Shown here in pieces: positions 16,789 to 23,737 of a stretch of DNA of 64,000 bases. The DNA comes from a virus (Duplodnaviria > Caudoviricetes). The stretch is taken from IMG/VR virus record IMGVR_UViG_3300032218_002851, positions 1-64,000 of that record. One strand, given 5' to 3'. Positions within the stretch are counted from its first letter, which is position 1. Each line of letters opens with the position of its first letter. The translations under genes and the position numbers were made by a program. Under the pieces are notes generated by a model. It did no database searches and was not told where the DNA came from. It saw nothing but the letters and a program-made list of their open reading frames with translations.

Positions 16789-17151
16789 CTATTCGTTACA
16801 GATACCGCAGCAATCAGAGTCACCACAGAGAGGGTCTAGTTCTTGATGAATCTTAGAAAGCTCTTCTAAAGCTTCTTCTTTGTAATCAATCTTCTTGACA
16901 AACTCAAACTTCTTCTCATCAGACCAATCTCTAAGATAATGGTTATCCTCATCAAAGAGCTTCAAATATTCGTCATCATCAATTTCACGAACAGAAGAGA
17001 GTACCTCGTCAACATGATACTGAGAGAATTCATCAAAGTTAGTATCATGAAGACGCATCACCACTTCATCAGTCGCATGAGTCGCTTCCTTAGCTTCTAC
17101 AACATAGCGCATCCGAAAGATGCTAACAGTCTCAACCATGTACTTGTTCAT
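16789..17151 (-). CDS. Conserved T4-like hypothetical protein
   Basis: YMVETVSIFRMRYVVEA...EFSQYHVDE. Confidence 0.65.
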   Translation of the reverse strand: MNKYMVETVSIFRMRYVVEAKEATHATDEVVMRLHDTNFDEFSQYHVDEVLSSVREIDDDEYLKLFDEDNHYLRDWSDEKKFEFVKKIDYKEEALEELSKIHQELDPLCGDSDCCGICNE

Positions 17152-17418
17152 ATATACCTCTTTAAATATAATTGCCACTTATTTATTATACTGAGACATA
17201 ACATAATCATGTCTGTGTCTAATGAAAATTATTCTTCTCCGCGACATCCAATAAAGTCATTTCAAAAAAATTTTCATACTTCAATCCTTATTTCAGGGAT
17301 AAGCTATAGTATCATAATTGCAAGTAATATCCACCACGGACTATAAGGACTTTGTATAATCCAAGCTGTAAACACCAGCAATGCCAGTGCTCTTACTAGG
17401 CGACTGTCGTTCAAGTAA

Positions 17419-17724
17419 TTAATCTCCACTATCAATAGTATGATAATCGCCACAATGCTTACATGTATAACCATTGTAACAATTGCTAATATTTTTTGAT
17501 GTATATTCATGCACACACGGTGTGCCATCTACTCGTAGATTAACCATTCCTGTCGGCTTACCCCATTGTAATTGACCACCGCAATTAGTGCAATCGCAGC
17601 AATCATCTTCTTTTCTATAACCGTACCAGCCGTATTTCACTGCATATACACGAAGACGGTCAGGAGTAGACATACGACCTGTGCCATTACAAATTGAACA
17701 AATGCCTTGCTTTGCGATTTCCAT
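17419..17724 (-). CDS. DnaJ-like zinc-finger protein
   Basis: CSICNGTG, CTNCGGQ and CKHCGD motifs. Confidence 0.65.
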   Translation of the reverse strand: MEIAKQGICSICNGTGRMSTPDRLRVYAVKYGWYGYRKEDDCCDCTNCGGQLQWGKPTGMVNLRVDGTPCVHEYTSKNISNCYNGYTCKHCGDYHTIDSGD

Positions 17725-17778
17725 ATTAGTTTACCTCAGTATTAACCTGATCTATATGTTTGCAGTGTCCGCGAAATT

Positions 17779-18000
17779 TTAATCCTGAACACGAACAACA
17801 GGTTCAGCATAGCCCCAACTATTCTTTACTTCCTTAAACTTGCGATTCTTAGTGCTAAAGGTCACCGACTTCTTAAACACGATAAGATCGTCTGTGTCGT
17901 GCTTCACGTAGCCGATAGCTCGGCTACGGTCGTCATTCAAAAGATAAACATGGTTGGGCGTGTTGCCTTGCCACTGGGTGAGTTCCTGGTAGAACTTCAT
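17779..18000 (-). CDS. Hypothetical protein
   Basis: MKFYQELTQW...PNHVYLL. Confidence 0.6.
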   Translation of the reverse strand: MKFYQELTQWQGNTPNHVYLLNDDRSRAIGYVKHDTDDLIVFKKSVTFSTKNRKFKEVKNSWGYAEPVVRVQD

Positions 18001-18002
18001 GC

Positions 18003-18272
18003 TTAGTTGCTCCAATATGATTCAGAGTCTACCCGGCAGCACCACGGCGTGTTCGAGTCGATTTCAACTTCCTTGCCGCTCATGAGGTTTTTGATCCGAA
18101 TTTTCTTGACTACCTGTTGATCGTACAGATCAACAGGCGCGGACATAGCGGCATAGCGATTGCTGCCAGTGTTACGATTACGACACGTGGCAGAGCGGCG
18201 AGCCGCACTGAGGACATCGAAATACTGCAGGACAATAGTGCTTTGAGTATCATAGACTACGAATTTTTTCAT
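18003..18272 (-). CDS. Early protein of SNTPxCC family
   Basis: NLMSGKEVEIDSNTPWCCRVDSESYWS; paralog of 23085..23345. Confidence 0.7.
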   Translation of the reverse strand: MKKFVVYDTQSTIVLQYFDVLSAARRSATCRNRNTGSNRYAAMSAPVDLYDQQVVKKIRIKNLMSGKEVEIDSNTPWCCRVDSESYWSN

Positions 18273-18305
18273 TTTGCTGCCTCCGACCTTGTTCAATATG
18301 TGTGT

Positions 18306-18334
18306 ATAGTACACATCCAAAATCTGCTTGTCAA
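18306..18334 (-). promoter_or_regulatory. sigma70-type early promoter
   Basis: aacggTTGACA-17-TACTAT. Confidence 0.75.
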
Positions 18335-18364
18335 CCGTTTGGCAAAAAATAATTTTGGACACTC

Positions 18365-18484
18365 GGCAGTATCAATGTGCTGCTCGCCGACATGCTTTTC
18401 AAGCAATTTAAGTTAAGTGATTGATTTTGTTAAATTTTTGTGCAGGACTGAGCCTGTTACAGATATAGATAAGTGATTGATTTT
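18365..18484. repeat. Fixed-spacing intergenic element, copy 2 of 3
   Basis: ATCAATGTGCTGCT (18371), CAGGACTGA (18443, +72), TAAGTGATTGATTT (18470, +99). Confidence 0.85.
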
Positions 18485-18559
18485 GTTTGAATTTCAACCG
18501 GCAAATATCCTATCGTTTAAAGCAAGATTATTTATTTAAATGGGTTTGTGAATAGAATA

Positions 18560-18890
18560 AGTGATGGTTGTATTGAGTAATAAGGAACAACCATCAAGAA
18601 CCCCAATTACAATCAGGCTGCTAAGGCCATCTCGTAATGGTCGTCATTAGATGCGACATTTATATTTTTTGCTTGATTTACGGTCATCGCCTACCGAGTT
18701 GTCCATATCAGTATCTTACCCTGTCGAATCTAGTCACCCCCATCAAAAGCATACTTACGAAACATTTATTGATTGCTGAACCAGTGTGTTTCGACAGCAT
18801 CATATTTACAATATGCTTTTGGTGGAGGTGGGGAGAATCGCACTCCCGTCCAGAATACCTTCCCTTTACTTCATACAACTATAAAACCAT
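18560..18890 (-). ncRNA. ssrA: Circularly permuted (two-piece) tmRNA; tag ASNDDHYEMALAA
   Basis: Minus order: T-arm GGGAG-TGCGATT-CTCCC plus CACCTCCACCA (ends 18820); intervening hairpin; 5' end GGGGGTGACTAGATTCGAC (starts 18741) with G3-U70; tag 18654..18613. Outer limits approximate. Confidence 0.9.
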
Positions 18891-18902
18891 ATTTAGTTAC
18901 TA

Positions 18903-19151
18903 TTACGCATCTATCGGTTTGAAAGTCGTAGAATTAATTCTACAAATAACCTTTTTCATCACAATCTTACCGTGCAAGTGATCGTAAGTATAAAAGTCAT
19001 CAATTATATTTTTAATCGATACAGAAAGATCTGGATTGATTACCGTTACAAAGTGCTGTACTTGCATTTCAGCAACCTTAGGTTCTGCAACCTTCGGAGT
19101 TGCGTAAGTGGGGTGTACCTGCTGAATCGAATATCTCGGATCTATATGCAT
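18903..19151 (-). CDS. Hypothetical protein
   Basis: ORF track. Confidence 0.4.
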   Translation of the reverse strand: MHIDPRYSIQQVHPTYATPKVAEPKVAEMQVQHFVTVINPDLSVSIKNIIDDFYTYDHLHGKIVMKKVICRINSTTFKPIDA

Positions 19152-19160
19152 TTTAATGTC

Positions 19161-19322
19161 CTATCTAATAACCGTCCACCGGACGTTAAATGGCTTATCG
19201 TCTTGTTTATGTTTAAACACTTTCTTGAATTCTTTCTGACCCAACTCAAGCTGCCTTTCTCTATCATGATCGAGGCACGCTTTATACATTTCCTTGACTA
19301 GATTTTTTTGTTTCATAGACAT
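19161..19322 (-). CDS. Small basic hypothetical protein (53 aa)
   Basis: Read manually: MSMKQKNLVKEMYKACLDHD; AAGGA RBS and TAAATA upstream. Confidence 0.5.
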   Translation of the reverse strand: MSMKQKNLVKEMYKACLDHDRERQLELGQKEFKKVFKHKQDDKPFNVRWTVIR

Positions 19323-19350
19323 CCTTATGTTAAGGTTATAAGAATATTTA

Positions 19351-19899
19351 TTATTCCAAGTTAGCGTGCCACTCTCTGAGATTGTCTTCTTCTAATGCAA
19401 GTTTTTCCATAAGATTAAGAATCACAGTTTCAAAGAATATCATAGTAGCAAGTTCAAATCTACTACCAAGAGGAAGATTCTTGTTCGTAGATAAAACTCT
19501 ACTAGATGGACCAATCTGAAAAGTTTTATCAGCCATCTTGCCAAGAGTAGACTCAGGATTTCCAGTGACGAGTAACACTTGAGATTCCTCAGATTTTGCC
19601 TTCTCAGCAAAAGCAATCAACTGCTTGGTTTCACCTGAACCAGAAACAAGAAGAAGTGAATCGCGAATTTCTATAGGTTTGGTAGTAGTTTCTCCAACTA
19701 CTTGAACACTCAAGCCGCAATGCAGCAATCGCATTGCAAACATATTAGCGACCATTTTTGATCTACCTGCGCCTGCCACAAAGATTCGAGGAACCATATA
19801 TGGCGCATAGAGTGCATCGATAAAATCGGTACACATTTCTTTTTCCGTGTAGAGCAGTTCGTCTCTTAGAATATCAAGAACATCAGAGTAATTAGCCAC
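19351..19899 (-). CDS. hxlB: 6-phospho-3-hexuloisomerase (Phi, SIS domain)
   Basis: RIFVAGAGRS, VVGETTT, VSGSGET, PLGSRFE and HANLE motifs; GTG start at 19899 overlaps hps stop. Confidence 0.93.
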   Translation of the reverse strand: MANYSDVLDILRDELLYTEKEMCTDFIDALYAPYMVPRIFVAGAGRSKMVANMFAMRLLHCGLSVQVVGETTTKPIEIRDSLLLVSGSGETKQLIAFAEKAKSEESQVLLVTGNPESTLGKMADKTFQIGPSSRVLSTNKNLPLGSRFELATMIFFETVILNLMEKLALEEDNLREWHANLE

Positions 19900-20530
19900 G
19901 TTCAACAGCTTCCCGAATTTCAGCAGCAGCGCGAACAGGGTCAGCAGCACCATAGATTGCAGCACCTACTACAACGATATCAGCACCAGCATCGATAACT
20001 TGGCGAACGGTATCCTTGTTAATGCCGCCAGCCACTGAGACCATTACTGGTAGGCTTAGACCAACGATTGCCTTGAGGTCCTCGAATGGCGTCTGTCCTC
20101 TCGCCTGAGCATCTAGTCCAGTATGTACGCCGATGATGTGGGCACCTAACTCGGCAACCTGGAAAGCTTTTTCCATCTTATTTGGAACGCTAATCAAGTC
20201 AACCTGTGCCATACCACCTTCTCTAAGCTTTGCTGCTTCAATAACACCAGAGATGGTTCCCACGTCCGCAGCACCAAGTACTGTAACGATATCTGCGCCA
20301 ACTTTAAAGAAAGGCGACGCTTCGTACAATCCGGCGTCCATTGTCTTGAGGTCCGCTAGAACCTTACGTGTAATAGAATACGCTCGTACAGTTTCGACAA
20401 CGCGAATTCCGTTAACCTTAACGCATGGAGTACCGAGTTCGATGATGTCTACATAGGGTGAGATAAGTTGAGCTAGACGAATTGTGTGTTCATAGTCTAG
20501 AGTATCGAGTGCTGCTTGAATTAATGCCAT
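19892..20530 (-). CDS. hxlA: 3-hexulose-6-phosphate synthase (Hps)
   Basis: IQAALD, IIELGTP, ADLKTMDAG.YEA, GVHTGLDAQARGQTPF, VAGGI and VVGAAIYG motifs; methanotroph-like type. Confidence 0.95.
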   Translation of the reverse strand: MALIQAALDTLDYEHTIRLAQLISPYVDIIELGTPCVKVNGIRVVETVRAYSITRKVLADLKTMDAGLYEASPFFKVGADIVTVLGAADVGTISGVIEAAKLREGGMAQVDLISVPNKMEKAFQVAELGAHIIGVHTGLDAQARGQTPFEDLKAIVGLSLPVMVSVAGGINKDTVRQVIDAGADIVVVGAAIYGAADPVRAAAEIREAVERG

Positions 20531-20683
20531 TCTTGTTTCTCCTTTTTATTAAAATTGCAGATAAAGAGATGCCGTGGTTCAAACAACCTATTGGGAATTT
20601 ATAACTATTCCTAAGTTGGCAGACATCTCTCGCTCAACGTAGCTAACTATTTAGTACTTAATTAAACAGTTCATAATTAGTGC

Positions 20684-20792
20684 CTGTCTCGGTGAAGATG
20701 CCTGCTGTCCAACATACAGGACAGGAATTCAGCCCCTCAGGTCAGTATAAATGACCGTACTTGGTACCCATCATCTAACTTCACCGAGACAG
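20684..20792. ncRNA. Candidate structured RNA closed by a 14-bp stem
   Basis: ctgtctcggtgaag / cttcaccgagacag enclosing three small hairpins. Confidence 0.4.
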
Positions 20793-20803
20793 TGCGCTGA
20801 TAT

Positions 20804-21205
20804 TTAGGCTTCTTCAGCCTCTTCGTCAGCATCCTCGACCATCACCTTGGCCACTGCACGAGCCTTCAGGTCTTCCATGTTAGGCTTGCTCTTAGCCTTG
20901 GTCTTGGTCTTGGAAGGTTTCGCAGCCTTAGCCTTGACAAGTGTTTCTCCGTTGTACTTCTCGTCAGCGTTGTCAATCGCCTCACGATACAGCGGGTTCT
21001 GATATAGTTCAGAGGTCTTGAGGAACTCAACCAGCTCAGGCTTTGACATCGGACGCGGAAGTTCCATCAAAGTTGCTTCCGAGTACTTCTTGAGTAGGCG
21101 CTTGATACGGCCCATATCGTTGGCGAATCGCACCTTGAAGGTCTTTGCAGGCACGCTCTGGTCCGTAGAAGAAACACCAGCAACAGTAAAGATTTTGTCA
21201 GTCAT
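20804..21205 (-). CDS. Conserved T4-like hypothetical protein, Lys/Ala-rich tail
   Basis: FTVAGVS...KVRFAND..R.K.L...ELP.PM.K. Confidence 0.65.
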   Translation of the reverse strand: MTDKIFTVAGVSSTDQSVPAKTFKVRFANDMGRIKRLLKKYSEATLMELPRPMSKPELVEFLKTSELYQNPLYREAIDNADEKYNGETLVKAKAAKPSKTKTKAKSKPNMEDLKARAVAKVMVEDADEEAEEA

Positions 21206-21257
21206 AACACACTCCAATATTTTTTTAATTTATTCGCGCCAGCATCAGCGCGAAGAA

Positions 21258-21287
21258 AGTATAGCACAGCGGATGCTCGCTTGTCAA
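21258..21287 (-). promoter_or_regulatory. sigma70-type early promoter
   Basis: TTGACA-18-TATACT. Confidence 0.7.
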
Positions 21288-21295
21288 GCGGTATT

Positions 21296-21496
21296 TTAAT
21301 AAATTGGAAATGCGTTTGCGGCCCGGCAGTTAGTCGAACCACCAAACATACTTTCTACAATACGACAAGCCTGACTAGGATCACCAGCTTCCACCACCAT
21401 CTTGAGATTGTTGATGTCTGTGCGACTAACAAAAGTGCCGCCAGTACGCTGATACGGATCGGGGTGGGCTAACGCATAAGTTACAGTATATTTCAT
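21296..21496 (-). CDS. Small hypothetical protein
   Basis: VVEAGDPSQACRIVESMFGG. Confidence 0.55.
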   Translation of the reverse strand: MKYTVTYALAHPDPYQRTGGTFVSRTDINNLKMVVEAGDPSQACRIVESMFGGSTNCRAANAFPIY

Positions 21497-21532
21497 ATAA
21501 TTTTCCTCTTTTTAGTTTCTAGTGAGATGTTT

Positions 21533-21811
21533 TTAACAGATTTCCAATAGGCTAGCTGGAACATTATATCTACCGTTGGACGGAGTATGAACAACCACAT
21601 TCTTGATCTTGATACGTTCAACAATACCCTGCACAGTAGTTCCGTTGCGAGTGCGGAATTTTACAATATCGCCTGGATGTAACTTACGGCAAGTCTGTCG
21701 AGTCTGTTGTGCACGATTGTATTTGATCGCTTGAATAAAATTATTCATCTCGTCAGTAGTCCAGCTATTGTGGGCAATCGCGCTAACAATATCTTGTGCA
21801 GTAATATTCAT
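21533..21811 (-). CDS. SH3/KOW-like early protein
   Basis: LHPGDIVKF...G.VERIKIKNVVV...YNVPASLL. Confidence 0.6.
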   Translation of the reverse strand: MNITAQDIVSAIAHNSWTTDEMNNFIQAIKYNRAQQTRQTCRKLHPGDIVKFRTRNGTTVQGIVERIKIKNVVVHTPSNGRYNVPASLLEIC

Positions 21812-21840
21812 GCTAATGTCTCCTTTTTTTCAACCTTGAG

Positions 21841-22053
21841 TTAGTCAATCTCACTGAGCGAGATTGACCACAGCTTGTTGGTCAAATCAAACACGCGAAT
21901 GCGATAGTCAGCCAGTTCGGTCTGGAGATCCTTGATATCCTCTCGGCTTTTAGCCTGATTCAACTTGTTCATGGTCGCCAAAATCAAACCGTCCACATAA
22001 TCAATCTGCTGCTGGATCTTGTTTTGAGCAGTCTCCAGATCGATATCACTCAT
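21841..22053 (-). CDS. Small coiled-coil protein
   Basis: ORF track; GGAG RBS. Confidence 0.55.
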   Translation of the reverse strand: MSDIDLETAQNKIQQQIDYVDGLILATMNKLNQAKSREDIKDLQTELADYRIRVFDLTNKLWSISLSEID

Positions 22054-22080
22054 GCTGTTCTCCTAACAAAATATGTGCCT

Positions 22081-22109
22081 ATATTAACAGGTTGAACCAG
22101 CGTTGTCAA
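22081..22109 (-). promoter_or_regulatory. sigma70-type early promoter
   Basis: aacggTTGACA-17-TAATAT. Confidence 0.75.
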
Positions 22110-22470
22110 CCGTTTCATTAAAGAATTTGAGAATTTCTTGGAACTTGGAGAATGCTTCATCGTTCTGAGCACTGGTAACATTACCATAAGGTGAATTATT
22201 AGCAGTAAACCAAATTTCAATCAGTGTCGGTAGAGCGTCATGACTGCCAACGAAGTGTCCATGGTCATCATACTCATGAACTTCGATCAACGGCTGATTT
22301 TGCTTATATCGAATGGTATTAGCCAAACCAGTGCCGCTGACTGGACAGATAGCTGACTTGAATCTTTTCCATTTTTTCTTGGCCTGCTGCCAACTAGCAA
22401 CAGGTTTGCCAACCGAGGGATCTGACAAATATGAATTTAAAATCGGGTCAAATGCGACATAAGTTGCCAT
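22084..22470 (-). CDS. Hypothetical protein
   Basis: Start adjusted to MATYVAFD. Confidence 0.5.
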   Translation of the reverse strand: MATYVAFDPILNSYLSDPSVGKPVASWQQAKKKWKRFKSAICPVSGTGLANTIRYKQNQPLIEVHEYDDHGHFVGSHDALPTLIEIWFTANNSPYGNVTSAQNDEAFSKFQEILKFFNETVDNAGSTC

Positions 22471-22480
22471 GATATTTTCC

Positions 22481-22678
22481 TTAAATCTTGCGGTCAATAA
22501 CGTTGTTGATAACTTGCTCAAGGGCAGCGTGAGCCTCCGTGCCGTGGCAGACATGCAGCATCATATCAATAATGGCAAGGTATCGGCCACTCACCAGCGC
22601 ATACTTGCGAGCGAGATCAGGTTCATCAGCCAGTTGCTGCATTACCACTGAATCCATTTTTTGTGTAATATATTGCAT
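22481..22678 (-). CDS. Small hypothetical protein
   Basis: ORF track. Confidence 0.5.
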   Translation of the reverse strand: MQYITQKMDSVVMQQLADEPDLARKYALVSGRYLAIIDMMLHVCHGTEAHAALEQVINNVIDRKI

Positions 22679-22702
22679 AAAAATTTCCTCAGGTTTACTG
22701 TT

Positions 22703-23083
22703 CTAGTCTTGCCAACGATTTTTCATGCGCTGGATAGCTGAATCAGGCACACCGTGAATGTTCTGCCACTGTCCGCGAGCAGTGATGATTTCCAACTTGG
22801 CACCCAATTCCTCGGCCATTTTTACATAGGATTCCATTTCCCAATGCTGGGTAAAGGTGTTGCTGACAATCACATCCAAGCCAGCTTCCAATGCTGCACG
22901 AGTCTTACGCTGGCACCACTCATGTGCCTGTTTAATCTTCTTAGGATCAAACAGATAACTGCCACCAGGTTTCTCAAAGTACATGTCAGCTTCATAATGA
23001 CGAGTGCTTGGCGTCATCATGCTCTTGGCCATAGTGGTCTTGCCCGAACCAGGCAAACCACGAATAAGGATCAGTTTCAGCAT
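22703..23083 (-). CDS. AAA_33-type P-loop kinase (PNK-like)
   Basis: LIRGLPGSGKTT, EADMYF, AHEWCQ, VSNTF and NIHGVP motifs. Confidence 0.85.
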   Translation of the reverse strand: MLKLILIRGLPGSGKTTMAKSMMTPSTRHYEADMYFEKPGGSYLFDPKKIKQAHEWCQRKTRAALEAGLDVIVSNTFTQHWEMESYVKMAEELGAKLEIITARGQWQNIHGVPDSAIQRMKNRWQD

Positions 23084-23084
23084 T

Positions 23085-23345
23085 TTACATGCTCCAATAA
23101 GTTTCCGAACTCGGGTCGCAGCACAGCGGCGTGTTGCTGTCGATCTCGATTTCCTTGCCAGTCATGAGGTTCTTGACCTTCTTCTTGGTCACTACTTTGC
23201 TGTAATAAACAAAATCGTTTGTATAAGCGTACTCTGTAGAACCAGCATTGCGATTGGCGCAAGTAGTGCTGCGCCGAGCCGAGGTTTCATTGCCAAAACT
23301 CTTGAGCTTCTGGGTGCTGGAAATATGATACACGATGTAGTTCAT
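23085..23345 (-). CDS. Early protein of SNTPxCC family
   Basis: NLMTGKEIEIDSNTPLCCDPSSETYWSM. Confidence 0.75.
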   Translation of the reverse strand: MNYIVYHISSTQKLKSFGNETSARRSTTCANRNAGSTEYAYTNDFVYYSKVVTKKKVKNLMTGKEIEIDSNTPLCCDPSSETYWSM

Positions 23346-23376
23346 GAGTAGCTCCGTATCTTGATTTTACAAGTGT

Positions 23377-23405
23377 ATTATACGGTGTGCTGAACCGTTT
23401 GTCAA
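23377..23405 (-). promoter_or_regulatory. sigma70 consensus early promoter
   Basis: aacggTTGACAaacggtt...-17-TATAAT. Confidence 0.85.
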
Positions 23406-23445
23406 CCGTTTTTGTAAAAATTAAATTTTGTTTAAAATCAATAAT

Positions 23446-23670
23446 TTACAGAAACTTGGCAACTAGCCCCACTGAATAGATACTCAGCAACACGGCATTG
23501 ATCACAATCAGACTCCATTCTCGCCAAATAATAGCCACACCCAGCCAAAGTAAACTGCCCAAATTCAGAAAGATTGGGCCTAGCGGATAGCTGTTCATGC
23601 TGGTAAAGATTGCGCCGATGATGGTTACCGCCACCGCACTCCATTTTAGATAAAAGCTTAATTTTTTCAT
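23446..23670 (-). CDS. Small 3-TM membrane protein
   Basis: LKWSAVAVTIIGA...YPLGP...REWSLIVIN. Confidence 0.65.
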   Translation of the reverse strand: MKKLSFYLKWSAVAVTIIGAIFTSMNSYPLGPIFLNLGSLLWLGVAIIWREWSLIVINAVLLSIYSVGLVAKFL

Positions 23671-23677
23671 GATCGAA

Positions 23678-23707
23678 ACTCTAGCACAAACAAACCAGGA
23701 TTGTCAA
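23678..23707 (-). promoter_or_regulatory. sigma70-type promoter
   Basis: TTGACA-18-TAGAGT. Confidence 0.55.
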
Positions 23708-23737
23708 GATCAATATTGTCAAACAATTACAATGTGG

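Noticed and set aside
17304-17528. 74-aa hydrophobic ORF
   Set aside because: Overlaps ~100 nt of the better-supported Zn-finger gene; at most a short 3' part is real.
18637-19301. Plus-strand ORFs 18637..18981 and 18972..19301
   Set aside because: The first overlaps the tmRNA on the opposite strand and the second shadows the minus-strand ORFs; both spurious.
19900-19965. N-terminal extension of Phi in the ORF track
   Set aside because: Overlaps the hps 3' end; GTG at 19899 gives a normal-length Phi with translational coupling.
20684-20792. Hammerhead ribozyme, tRNA or TPP/ZTP riboswitch identity
   Set aside because: No CUGAUGA/GAAA core, no TTC T-loop/CCA, no riboswitch consensus; kept only as unknown structured element.
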